Shown here: piece after piece, positions 41,548 to 51,368 of the stretch | Numbering within the stretch: position 1 is the stretch's first letter | Layout of the letters: every line of letters begins with the position of its first letter | NCBI GenBank assembly: GCA_945860605.1 | Contig: CAMAQL010000001.1 | Coordinates: forward strand, 3,236-67,235 | Direction of reading: 5' to 3' | From: Chitinophaga pinensis | Lineage (GTDB): Bacteria > Bacteroidota > Bacteroidia > Chitinophagales > Chitinophagaceae | Length of the DNA: 64,000 nucleotides | Made by a program: the position numbers and the translations under genes | The notes under the pieces: model-generated | What the model saw: the letters and a program-made list of their open reading frames with translations, nothing else | What the model was told of the DNA's origin: nothing | Databases searched by the model: none

Positions 41548-41588
41548 AGGGCAAAAGTAAAGATTTTTGACCTTACCTTTGCCCTATG
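41545..41588. promoter_or_regulatory. Near-palindromic divergent promoter pair for the glycosyltransferase and tgt
   Basis: Both strands read TAC(C/T)TTTG-CCCT-ATG; the 16-bp arms match at 15/16 positions. Confidence 0.7.
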
Positions 41589-42725
41589 GCGGCATTACAA
41601 TTTGAATTAGCAGCAGAGAGTCAAGCAGGTGCTTCGAGAGCAGGCACCATCACGACCGATCATGGGGTCATCCAGACACCCATTTTCATGCCTGTGGGTA
41701 CGATTGGCTCTGTAAAAGCAGTGACACAGCAACAATTGAAGCAGGATATCAACGCAAAAATTATCTTAGGCAACACCTATCATTTATATCTAAGACCTGG
41801 CACAGAAGTGCTTGAGGCTGCTGGCGGACTGCACAAATTCATGGGCTGGGATCGGCCAATTTTAACGGATAGTGGCGGTTACCAAGTTTTCTCCTTAGCC
41901 AATAACAGAAAAATCAAACCAGAAGGGGTGGTGTTTCAATCGCATATCGATGGCAGTAAGCATTTGTTTAGTCCTGAAAATGTGATGGATATTCAAAGAA
42001 GTATTGGGGCCGATATTATTATGGCATTTGACGAATGTCCTCCAATTCCTAGTACCTATGAATACGTAAGTAAGAGTATGGATCTAACGCATACCTGGTT
42101 GGACAGGTGTTTTAATAGATTGGCAGAAACGCCAGACTTATATGGTCATACTCAGAATTTATTTCCAATTGTACAAGGTGGATTATATAAAGATTTAAGA
42201 AAAGCTTCTTGTGAATATATTGCTTCTAAAAATGCAGTAGGCAATGCCATAGGTGGATTAAGTGTGGGGGAGACCGAGGAGGAAATGTATGAATTCACCG
42301 CCTTATGTTGTGAAAACTTACCTAAGGAAAAACCACGTTATTTAATGGGTGTAGGCACCCCATGGAATATTTTAGAGGCCATTGATTTAGGGATAGATAT
42401 GTTTGATTGTGTGATGCCTACCAGAAATGGGCGTAATGGCATGGTGTTTACTTCTGATGGCGTCATCAATATCAAGAATAAAAAATGGTATAAAGATTTT
42501 AGTCCAATAGATCCGGGTATTCCCAATGAAATGAGTCAATACTATACTAAAGGATACTTAAGGCACTTGTTTGCTGCAGATGAGATACTAGGGATGCAAT
42601 TGGCTAGCATACAAAATCTATCCTTTTACCTTTGGTTGGTCGAACAAGCAAGAATACATATTATTGCCGGAGATTATAAAGCATGGAAAACAGCAATGAT
42701 TCCTCAAATCAGTAAACGATTATAA
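41586..42725 (+). CDS. tgt: tRNA-guanine transglycosylase
   Basis: TPIFMPVGT, LTDSGGYQVFSL, FDCVMPTRNGRNG. Confidence 0.98.
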   Translation: MAALQFELAAESQAGASRAGTITTDHGVIQTPIFMPVGTIGSVKAVTQQQLKQDINAKIILGNTYHLYLRPGTEVLEAAGGLHKFMGWDRPILTDSGGYQVFSLANNRKIKPEGVVFQSHIDGSKHLFSPENVMDIQRSIGADIIMAFDECPPIPSTYEYVSKSMDLTHTWLDRCFNRLAETPDLYGHTQNLFPIVQGGLYKDLRKASCEYIASKNAVGNAIGGLSVGETEEEMYEFTALCCENLPKEKPRYLMGVGTPWNILEAIDLGIDMFDCVMPTRNGRNGMVFTSDGVINIKNKKWYKDFSPIDPGIPNEMSQYYTKGYLRHLFAADEILGMQLASIQNLSFYLWLVEQARIHIIAGDYKAWKTAMIPQISKRL

Positions 42726-42728
42726 ACA

Positions 42729-43820
42729 TTGAAAAAACTGGATTGGTACATACTAAAAAAATTCTTGGCAGTGTTTTTCTTTGCCATCTTTTTCTTTGCA
42801 GTCATTGCAGTGGTCATTGATGTGAGTGAAAAAACAGATGATTTTGTAAGATCCGGTTTAACAAGTTCCGAGGTTATAAAAAATTATTATGTTGGATTTA
42901 TACCCCATATTATAGCACTGTTATTCCCATTGTTTGTTTTTATAGCGGTGATCTTTTTTACTTCTAAAATGGCAGGACAAACAGAGATTGTTCCTATTTT
43001 AGCAAGTGGTACTTCATACAATCGTTGGTTAAGACCTTATTGGATAGGAGGCTTATTTTTAGGGTTGGTATTATGGATAGCGAACCAATGGATTGTACCA
43101 AAAGCAAATAATATTCGTGGAGATTTTGAAGCCACTTATATTGATGCGAACTCTTCCTACAATGCATTATTAAGAGGGTCTAATGATTATTATTTTAGGA
43201 TTGACTCCTTTACTTACGCAGGCATTTATGGATACGATACGGCCTACAAAAGAGGGAGTAACTTTTTTGCTTATACTGTCAAGGGGGATCAAGTAGTGTA
43301 TAATATTCGTGCGGAAGCAATTGTTTGGGATACCGCAAAAAAGGATTGGGAATTATCCGAAGTGCTAGAACGTAAAGTAACAGACAAAAAAGAACTGGTA
43401 ACTTATTTGCCAAATACCCATAAAAAATATCCTTTCAAACCAGTTGATTTAGAAAAGGACAAATATGCCAAAGACAAATTAACAACCCCACAGTTAATTA
43501 AACAGATAAAGACAGAAGCCTTAAGGGGTTCAGAAGGCTTAAATGAGTTAAAAATAGAACGTTATAGACGCGATGCAACCCCCATTACTGTGTTGCTTTT
43601 AACCATGATTGGTGCCATCATTGCTGGCCGAAAAGTCAGGGGTGGTAGTGGAGCGCATTTGGCAATGGGCTTTACCATTGCAGCATTATTCATTATCACA
43701 GATCGGTTCTCTACCATCTTCTCCACAAAGGGCAATCTACCTCCGTTTATAGCGGCTTGGATACCCAATATTATTTTTGTCTTTGTGGTCTATTATTTAT
43801 ACAAAAAAGCCCCTAAATAA
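42729..43820 (+). CDS. LptF/LptG-family LPS export permease
   Basis: MKKLDWYILK, EIVPILASG, AAWIPNIIF; follows tgt as in other Bacteroidota. Confidence 0.9.
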   Translation: MKKLDWYILKKFLAVFFFAIFFFAVIAVVIDVSEKTDDFVRSGLTSSEVIKNYYVGFIPHIIALLFPLFVFIAVIFFTSKMAGQTEIVPILASGTSYNRWLRPYWIGGLFLGLVLWIANQWIVPKANNIRGDFEATYIDANSSYNALLRGSNDYYFRIDSFTYAGIYGYDTAYKRGSNFFAYTVKGDQVVYNIRAEAIVWDTAKKDWELSEVLERKVTDKKELVTYLPNTHKKYPFKPVDLEKDKYAKDKLTTPQLIKQIKTEALRGSEGLNELKIERYRRDATPITVLLLTMIGAIIAGRKVRGGSGAHLAMGFTIAALFIITDRFSTIFSTKGNLPPFIAAWIPNIIFVFVVYYLYKKAPK

Positions 43821-43883
43821 GCATTTCTTAGTTAACTTTGTGTCCAATTTTAAATCGTTTCTTTAACAATAATAATTGGGTAT

Positions 43884-45206
43884 ATGGAAGAGATCAAAGA
43901 CCGTTTTGGTGAGAAAGCAACTGTCGCAGCTATTGAGATCAAAGAAATGCTTAAAATACACGGCGAAAAGAAGATTGGAGAAATCACTTTAGCTCAAGTG
44001 TATCAAGGCATGAGAGGCATGACTGGTCTTGTTACAGAGACGAGTTTATTGGATGCGCAAGAAGGTATTCGTTTCAGAGGCTATTCGATTCCAGAATTAC
44101 AAGAAAAATTACCAAAAGTTCAAGGTGGCGACGAGCCATTACCAGAGGGGTTGTTTTACCTGATGATGATTGGTGAATTACCAACTGATAGAGATGTTAA
44201 AAAAGTGACTAGTAACTGGCAAAGAAGAAGCCATGTTCCTTCTCATGTATTTGATGTAATAGATGCATTTCCAATAAATGCACACCCAATGACCATGTAT
44301 GTTGCTGCAGTGATGGCTTTGCAAACAGAAATCAAGTTTGCGCAAGCATATGCAAAGGGCATGAATAAAAAAGATTACTGGCAGTATACCTATGATGATT
44401 CAATGGACTTGATCGCAAGATTGCCAAGAATTGCTGCGTATATCTACCGAAGAAAATATAAGAACAACCAACATATTCATCCAAATGGATTATTAGATTG
44501 GGCTGGTAACCTTGCATACATGATGGGTTACGAAGATGAAAGCACAAAAGAATTGATGCGTTTGTATATGACCATTCACGCTGACCATGAAGGTGGAAAC
44601 GTCTCTGCGCACACAACGCATTTAGTAGGATCTGCTTTAAGTGATCCTTATTTGAGTTACGCCGCAGGAATGAATGGTTTAGCTGGTCCTTTACATGGAT
44701 TAGCAAATCAAGAAGTGATTAAATGGATTTTAGAAATGCAAGAACAGATTGGATCGGATAGCCCTTCTAAAGAGCAGATTCTTGATTATGTTCAAAAGAC
44801 ATTGAGTGAAGGTAAAGTCGTACCAGGTTATGGTCATGCCGTATTAAGAAAAACAGATCCTCGTTTCACCGCACAAATGGAATTTGGTAAAAAACATTTG
44901 CCAGATGATAAATTAGTGAATACGGTTTGGAATATTTATGAAACTGTACCACCAATTTTGGAGTCATTAGGCAAAGTAAAAAATCCTTGGCCAAATGTGG
45001 ATGCACATAGTGGTGCATTGTTAGTGCATTATGGCATAGTGGAATACGAATTCTATACAGTTTTATTTGCAGTTAGTCGTGCTTTAGGTGTATTGGCAAG
45101 TTTAACATGGGATCGTGCATTAGGCTTCCCATTAGAGCGTCCAAAATCTGTTACAACTGCAGCTGTAAAAGATTGGATTGACGGCGTAGGAGAAAACTTA
45201 ATTTAA
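43884..45206 (+). CDS. gltA: Citrate (Si)-synthase, eukaryotic/mitochondrial type
   Basis: GMRGM, GIRFRGYSIPE, HADHEGGNVSAH, GPLHGLANQE, PGYGH, NPWPNVDAHSG; TAACTTTG promoter at 43833-40. Confidence 0.95.
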   Translation: MEEIKDRFGEKATVAAIEIKEMLKIHGEKKIGEITLAQVYQGMRGMTGLVTETSLLDAQEGIRFRGYSIPELQEKLPKVQGGDEPLPEGLFYLMMIGELPTDRDVKKVTSNWQRRSHVPSHVFDVIDAFPINAHPMTMYVAAVMALQTEIKFAQAYAKGMNKKDYWQYTYDDSMDLIARLPRIAAYIYRRKYKNNQHIHPNGLLDWAGNLAYMMGYEDESTKELMRLYMTIHADHEGGNVSAHTTHLVGSALSDPYLSYAAGMNGLAGPLHGLANQEVIKWILEMQEQIGSDSPSKEQILDYVQKTLSEGKVVPGYGHAVLRKTDPRFTAQMEFGKKHLPDDKLVNTVWNIYETVPPILESLGKVKNPWPNVDAHSGALLVHYGIVEYEFYTVLFAVSRALGVLASLTWDRALGFPLERPKSVTTAAVKDWIDGVGENLI

Positions 45207-45221
45207 AAAAAATCTTGTATA

Positions 45222-45253
45222 AAAAAGAGCAACGATTTTTCGTTGCTCTTTTT
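45222..45253 (+). terminator. Intrinsic terminator after gltA
   Basis: AAAAAGAGCAACGA / TCGTTGCTCTTTTT 14-bp stem. Confidence 0.85.
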
Positions 45254-45274
45254 ATTGTAGGTATGTTTTTATAA

Positions 45275-45347
<73 letters not shown>

Positions 45348-45365
45348 CAAAATTTTAATTGTTAG

Positions 45366-47765
45366 ATGATGTGGTTTAAAAAAAGGCATACAAGAGGCCT
45401 ATTCTTTTTATTAATTGTGTTGATACAAAAGGTCGGCTTTGGTCAAATAGCACCATTGAAGTTATCTGTTGTAGATAAAAAAAGCCAACCCATTGCTTTT
45501 GCCAATATTACGATTCAAATGATTGATAGTACGATGCCTAAAAATCTAGTCGCCGACAGCAATGGCGTTGCTACTAGCATGTTAGCGCCTGGGAAACTCT
45601 ATAAAATAAAAACAAGTGCAGTCGGATATCAAATGGACAATAGGACGATCAAATTTGAAAAGCTAAATAGTGTAAAGATTGAATTGAAGGAGATGAATGA
45701 TCAATTAAAAGAAGTTGTAGTGACTTCCACTAAGCCTTTGATTAGACAAGAGGATGATAAATCGGTGGTGGATCCAGAGCCTTTGGCGGCTGCGTCGACC
45801 AATGCTTATGAGACGATGGAAAAAATTCCTGGCATCTTCATTGACCAGGATGGTAATATTTATTTAAATGGATTGTCTCCTGCAGGCATTCAAATCAATG
45901 GACGAGAGTTAAGAATGAGTGCTTCTGATATGGCCACCTTATTAAAAAGTTTACCTCCAAGTTCTATTCAAAAAATAGAATTAGTAAGGACGCCTTCTGC
46001 AAAATACGATGCTTCTGGTGGTGGAGGTGTGGTAAACATCGTTCTAAAAAAAGGTATCAAGATTGGTTTAAATGGTTCAGTGAATACTGGAATGAATCAA
46101 GGTGTTTATGGGAACCAATTTATTGGGCTTACATTAAACAATACCACAGATAAGTACAATTCCTATTTGAATACGCAATACAATCAAAATGACGGATATA
46201 GTATTGTAAATACGGATCGCTTTTTATCCATCGACACGGTGTTGAAACAAACTGCAAAAACTTTGAGTCCAAATAAATCTGCTTACATTGGATTTGGTCT
46301 GGGTAGAAATTGGACAGATCGTTTTGAATTAAACTATGATGCAAGGGTAAGTGGACAATCTTTTGTGAATACCACCAATAATGAATCCTTTCTTGTAAGA
46401 AATGCAAAGCAAAATCTGAGTGCAATTGGTTCATTGGTGAATAATGATGGATCGAATTTTAATTTGAACCAATCTGTAAGGTCCAAGCTTAAATTGGATT
46501 CTCTAGGTGGAGAGTGGACGATTGATTTTTCTTATAACATAATAAGAGCCTCCACAGATCAACAATATAATAATTCACTACTTGCTGGTGGGTTTGTTTC
46601 AAAGGGATTTGGTGATTTTTCCAATGATAGAGATTTTTATACTTATCAAACAGATTATAAAAAGAAGTGGAAAGGGGTTACTGTTGAAACAGGCGTAAAA
46701 TCAAGTTTATTGTATTTTAAAAATCAAGCCAATTATCAAAGGGAGTTGAATGGGAAGAACATCAAAGATGACTTTAGAACTAGTCAATATACATTTAAAG
46801 AACAAATTAATGCTGGGTATATTCAGGGATCTAAAACTTGGGGTGCAGTGGTGCTTAAAGTTGGTACTAGGGTAGAGCAGACTATCATGCAAGGAGAACA
46901 AAAAATTCCTTCTGATACGTCTTTTTCGTTGAATAGAACCGATGCGTTTCCTTATGTATTTTTAAGCCGTAAATTATTTAAAATTTCAGGTTATGAACTG
47001 CGAGGCTATTTAGTGTATCGTAAAACCATTAGTAGACCTAGTTATGAGATCCTAAATCCTTTTCCAAAATACATTGATCCTTTTTTATATGAAACAGGCA
47101 ATCCGAGTTTAAAGCCTCAATTCACTACCAATTACGAGGCGAATATCAGTGTGGACGACAAGCCAATTTTTGCTTTTGGGGTAAATGAGACTAAAGATAT
47201 TTTTACAAATGTGTTGTATCAATCGACTGAAAATAAACAAATTTCTTATCGTACTTATGACAATCTAGGTAAAAGTAGAGAGACTTATTTTAGAGGGATT
47301 GCAGTGATACCTCCTGGTAAAGCATTTTTTGCAGTGGTAGGTGCCCAATTAAACCATAATTTATACAATGGTATTTATGAACAAAAGCCAATCGTATTTG
47401 ACAAAGCCACTTGGACTTTCTTTACTTTCCAATCTTTGAAATTAGATAAACTATCCACATTCACTATCAACGGATTTTGGAGAACCAATGGGCAGCAGCA
47501 ATTTTATGAATTGGATAATTTTGGTCAATTAAATAGTTCATTGAATAGACAATTTTTGAATAAAAAATTAACGGTGACTTTATCCATGAACGACATCTTC
47601 TTTACCAATAAAAATACATTTACACTTAGGCAGGGTAGTATTTATGCCGTAGGATTTAGAGAAAACGATACAAGAAGATTTGGGATTAATATCCGTTATA
47701 ATTTTGGAGTAAAACCTAAAGAACAGAAGCTAGATTTATTGGATACAGATGTGAAAGTCAATTAA
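45366..47765 (+). CDS. Outer-membrane beta-barrel protein (TonB-dependent receptor-like; CarboxypepD-like domain, plug and barrel)
   Basis: Signal peptide; IQKIELVRTPSAKYDASGGGGVVNIVLKK plug motif; C-terminal RYNFG strand. Confidence 0.85.
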   Translation: MMWFKKRHTRGLFFLLIVLIQKVGFGQIAPLKLSVVDKKSQPIAFANITIQMIDSTMPKNLVADSNGVATSMLAPGKLYKIKTSAVGYQMDNRTIKFEKLNSVKIELKEMNDQLKEVVVTSTKPLIRQEDDKSVVDPEPLAAASTNAYETMEKIPGIFIDQDGNIYLNGLSPAGIQINGRELRMSASDMATLLKSLPPSSIQKIELVRTPSAKYDASGGGGVVNIVLKKGIKIGLNGSVNTGMNQGVYGNQFIGLTLNNTTDKYNSYLNTQYNQNDGYSIVNTDRFLSIDTVLKQTAKTLSPNKSAYIGFGLGRNWTDRFELNYDARVSGQSFVNTTNNESFLVRNAKQNLSAIGSLVNNDGSNFNLNQSVRSKLKLDSLGGEWTIDFSYNIIRASTDQQYNNSLLAGGFVSKGFGDFSNDRDFYTYQTDYKKKWKGVTVETGVKSSLLYFKNQANYQRELNGKNIKDDFRTSQYTFKEQINAGYIQGSKTWGAVVLKVGTRVEQTIMQGEQKIPSDTSFSLNRTDAFPYVFLSRKLFKISGYELRGYLVYRKTISRPSYEILNPFPKYIDPFLYETGNPSLKPQFTTNYEANISVDDKPIFAFGVNETKDIFTNVLYQSTENKQISYRTYDNLGKSRETYFRGIAVIPPGKAFFAVVGAQLNHNLYNGIYEQKPIVFDKATWTFFTFQSLKLDKLSTFTINGFWRTNGQQQFYELDNFGQLNSSLNRQFLNKKLTVTLSMNDIFFTNKNTFTLRQGSIYAVGFRENDTRRFGINIRYNFGVKPKEQKLDLLDTDVKVN

Positions 47766-47781
47766 AATTTCTAGAACATTT

Positions 47782-48990
47782 TTATTTTAGGATGGTTTCA
47801 ATGAGGGCATAGATGCTCATGGAACCCATCAAAACTACAACAAGCCAGCCAGCTAGTTCTATCCACAAGGGGTATTTGTATTGTCTTAAGACAGGAATTC
47901 TTCTGCTTGCAATTAACATTATAGCAAGTGCAAATGGGAGTATGAAACCATTGATTAATCCAGCGAAAAGCAACAATTCTTTTGGTTTGCCAATCCAAAT
48001 AAATAAAGAAGTAGATATCAAGATAAATCCACTAATGGAAAATCGCTCATGATTTAAAAATGGGATATCTAATTTTTTAATAAAAGAATAAGAGGTATAG
48101 GATGCACCTATCACAGATGAAATGGCCGCGCTCCATAATACAATGCCAAACACAAATAAGCCCCATCTTCCTCCTGCGGTTTCAAATACAGTCGCAGCAG
48201 GATTATTTTTATCTAGATGCACGCCTTGTGACACCACACCTACTACTGCTAAAAATAAAATAAAGCGCATAAAGGAGGATATGAGAATCCCCCTGCTTGC
48301 GCTTTTGGTCACAAACCCAATATGTTCGGGGCCAACCATGCCAGCATCCACCAATCGATGTGCACCGGAGAAGGTGATATAGCCTCCCACTGTACCTCCC
48401 ACAATCGTTACAATAGCCAATAAAGAAATTTGTTCTGGTACAAAACTATGATGCACTGCATCCAATATGGGTGGATTTGCTGCATACACAATTAATAAGG
48501 TCAAACTTATTTTTACGATTCCTAAAATTTTGGTGAGGCGGTCTAACATTTTTCCTATCTCATCTATCCAGAAAATAAGTATGGCAATGATACCACTTAA
48601 CATAGCTCCTTTTGCAAAGCTGATTCCCGTTAATATATTGAGTGCAAGTCCACAACCTGCAATATTGCCAATATTGAATGCAAATCCACCTAGTACTACT
48701 GATAGTGATAAAATGTATCCAAGACCTGGCAGTAATTGATTCGCAATTTCTTGAGCACGCATTCCACTTAATGTAATGGCTCTCCATATATTAATTTGTG
48801 CACCAAAGTCAAGAAGGATGGAAATTAAAATGACAAACCCAAAACTAGTAAGTAGTTGTTCTGTGTAAAATGAAGTTTGAGTTAGAAAACCGGGTCCAAT
48901 AGATGAATTGGCCATTAAAAAAGCGGCACCTAAACTTATTCCAGTTAAAGAGGGTAGTGTCGCTTTTGAATTAGGGTTGTTTGATTTCAA
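47782..48990 (-). CDS. NRAMP-like (YcsG) transporter of the 5-oxoprolinase operon; probable TTG start at 48990
   Basis: GAAFLMANSSIGPGFLTQT, GFAFNIGNIAG, GGTVGGYITFSGAHRL. Confidence 0.88.
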   Translation of the reverse strand: MKSNNPNSKATLPSLTGISLGAAFLMANSSIGPGFLTQTSFYTEQLLTSFGFVILISILLDFGAQINIWRAITLSGMRAQEIANQLLPGLGYILSLSVVLGGFAFNIGNIAGCGLALNILTGISFAKGAMLSGIIAILIFWIDEIGKMLDRLTKILGIVKISLTLLIVYAANPPILDAVHHSFVPEQISLLAIVTIVGGTVGGYITFSGAHRLVDAGMVGPEHIGFVTKSASRGILISSFMRFILFLAVVGVVSQGVHLDKNNPAATVFETAGGRWGLFVFGIVLWSAAISSVIGASYTSYSFIKKLDIPFLNHERFSISGFILISTSLFIWIGKPKELLLFAGLINGFILPFALAIMLIASRRIPVLRQYKYPLWIELAGWLVVVLMGSMSIYALIETILK

Positions 48991-49753
48991 TCTGGTATTG
49001 TTGTAATGTACTGAATAAGTGTTTTGCGATTTCAACTGCTGCTTCATGATCTCCATGAATACAAATTGTTTCTGCGTTGACTGCAATCATGGTTCCGTCA
49101 ACTGTCTTTATCTCTTGATCCAACACCATTGATAAGACTTGCTTTGCAGATTCAATTGGATCTGTGATGAGTGCATGATCCAAGTATCTTGGTGTTAATT
49201 GTCCGTTTGACTGGTAGGTTCTATCTGCAAAAGCTTCTTGTGCAGTTTGTAAGCCAATTGCTTTTGCTTCTTTTATCATATCACTTCCACTCAATCCATA
49301 CAACATGATGGAAGGATCAATGGCTTGTATTGTTTGTGCTACAATCTTACTTGATAAAGCATCTATTGCACAATCATTGTACAAAGCACCATGCAATTTT
49401 ATATGATGAATCTTGCAACCCATCTGGTTGGTGATTTTTTCAAATAAATATATTTGATCACTTATTAGTTCAGCGAGTTCAACTAAAGCAAGAGGTTGAG
49501 TAAGTCTCCCAAAATTTTCTCGATCATGGTAGCTTGGATGAGCGCCAATAGCCACATTGTTTTCTAAAGCTAATTCGATAGTTCTTTTAATGGTAGCTTC
49601 ATCCCCAGCGTGATACCCACATGCAATATTTGCACTACTAATATAGGGCATTAAGAAGGCATCGTTTTGCATACCTTCTCCCATATCACAATTAATGTCA
49701 ATGGATAAACCAGGACTGTATTGATCGATAAAGTTGATGGGCTGTTTGAACAT
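48971..49753 (-). CDS. pxpA: 5-oxoprolinase subunit A (LamB/YcsF); start uncertain
   Basis: DINCDMGEG, SSANIACGYHAGD, GAHPSY, HIKLHGALYN, TICIHGD. Confidence 0.93.
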   Translation of the reverse strand: MFKQPINFIDQYSPGLSIDINCDMGEGMQNDAFLMPYISSANIACGYHAGDEATIKRTIELALENNVAIGAHPSYHDRENFGRLTQPLALVELAELISDQIYLFEKITNQMGCKIHHIKLHGALYNDCAIDALSSKIVAQTIQAIDPSIMLYGLSGSDMIKEAKAIGLQTAQEAFADRTYQSNGQLTPRYLDHALITDPIESAKQVLSMVLDQEIKTVDGTMIAVNAETICIHGDHEAAVEIAKHLFSTLQQYQIEIKQP

Positions 49754-50609
49754 TGGTGATGCTTAACTTAAAATGACTATGGTTATTTAATTGTGCAAGC
49801 CTAGGTAAATCTACCAAAATTATTTGACCCAAATTGGCATAACCTCCAATGGTTTGATGATCAGCCATTAAGACGATGATTTGACCATTGGGTAACAATT
49901 GTAAAGTGCCCATTGTGACTGCACTTGAAACATATTGTTTTGACTCAGTTAAATGGATAGGCGTCCCTTCCAATAAAAAACCCATTCGATTTGATTTTGC
50001 ATCAATCGTAAATGACTGTTGCATCAATACTTGAATGGAGGCAGGTGTTAAATCATTCCAGGCTGGTCCGGGAATAAATCTAATTTCATGTTCGTTAAAT
50101 AACGACTTTTGAACTTGTTGTACTAAATCATGTTCAATTGAATTGACTGATTCATCAGAGAGAGGAGTAGGCTTTATAGAAAAATGATCCTCCTTGTTTA
50201 AAGTGGTTTGGAAACTAGTATAACTATTTAACCATTTTTTATTTACATCCAACTCGCCTTTAAAAGCGATATAGGCAGTGCGACCTTCTAGTGGTTGTAG
50301 AAAACTAAGTTGGTCTTTAGGGTACACTTGAATAGGAGTATTAAGGGCAATGCTTTTCTCATTGATTACCGGCACAAAATTTGCACCACTAATACAAATA
50401 AACATGGGCTCTTGAAATTCAAAAGTGGAAGCCGGGAAATGCAATTCAAAAACAGGATGATTCAACGCATTACCTAAAATGATATTTGCCAATTGGGCGG
50501 ATAAAAAGTCCATGGGTCCAGATGGCTGAATGCCAAGATCTTGGAAACCAAACCTCCCTTGATCAACAATGCGATCGGATAAACCTTTTTTAATGATTTT
50601 AATGGACAT
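49698..50609 (-). CDS. pxpC: 5-oxoprolinase subunit C
   Basis: DQGRFGFQ, SNRMGFLL, GTLQLLPNGQIIVLMADHQTIGGY. Confidence 0.92.
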   Translation of the reverse strand: MSIKIIKKGLSDRIVDQGRFGFQDLGIQPSGPMDFLSAQLANIILGNALNHPVFELHFPASTFEFQEPMFICISGANFVPVINEKSIALNTPIQVYPKDQLSFLQPLEGRTAYIAFKGELDVNKKWLNSYTSFQTTLNKEDHFSIKPTPLSDESVNSIEHDLVQQVQKSLFNEHEIRFIPGPAWNDLTPASIQVLMQQSFTIDAKSNRMGFLLEGTPIHLTESKQYVSSAVTMGTLQLLPNGQIIVLMADHQTIGGYANLGQIILVDLPRLAQLNNHSHFKLSITNVQTAHQLYRSIQSWFIH

Positions 50610-51315
50610 CTTCTTGGTTGTTTAATTCATGAAACAATACCAAGTCAATGGGATTAAATTTTACTTGATCTCCAGCTTTGAAAAGGGAGAGTTTTATTTT
50701 GTCAAATATTTTTATAGGTGTACGCCCAATAATCTGCCAACCACCTGGAGAGTCTGTTGGATAGATGCCTGTTTGTTTTCCTGCAATGCCCACACTACCT
50801 GCAATTACTGTAGCTCTTGGCTGTGGATGTCTTGGTAATTGTATTTTCTTAGGAACGTCACCCATATAGGCAAAGCCCGGTAAAAAACCGAGACAATACA
50901 CGGTATAGATATGCGCTGTATGTTCTTGAATCAGCGCCTCAATATTACAGTTAGCAATTTTTGCAGCAGCTTCTAAATCAATCCCTAAACTTAGGTCATA
51001 ACAAACAGGTACTTTGATTAACCTACTTGCGCTGTTGAGTGCATTGTGATTTGAAGCATCAGCAATAAAATTCGCGACTAACTGATTGACGAATAAATAG
51101 GGGTTGGAATCAAAATCAAGGATATCATACACCAAGGTTAAATTATCATAAGCTAATATAATATCCTTGATCCCTTGTATTTTTTGTTCTTTTATAAATT
51201 CTGCAAGGGCAAGCAAATCCCGATCAATCCCCCCATTCAAGCCCTTACTTAATTTAATTAAGATGGCATGATCTCCTAGTAAATGAATATGAAAATGATT
51301 CTCCAAGCTTTGCAT
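50599..51315 (-). CDS. pxpB: 5-oxoprolinase subunit B (start probably ATG 51315)
   Basis: PVCYD, LGFLPGFAY, GSVGIAG.QTGIYP..SPGGWQIIGRT. Confidence 0.93.
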   Translation of the reverse strand: MQSLENHFHIHLLGDHAILIKLSKGLNGGIDRDLLALAEFIKEQKIQGIKDIILAYDNLTLVYDILDFDSNPYLFVNQLVANFIADASNHNALNSASRLIKVPVCYDLSLGIDLEAAAKIANCNIEALIQEHTAHIYTVYCLGFLPGFAYMGDVPKKIQLPRHPQPRATVIAGSVGIAGKQTGIYPTDSPGGWQIIGRTPIKIFDKIKLSLFKAGDQVKFNPIDLVLFHELNNQEDVH

Positions 51316-51368
51316 ACCTAAACTTACCATTTTTTAGGCCATTTCATTGTATATAATAAGGCTATCAT

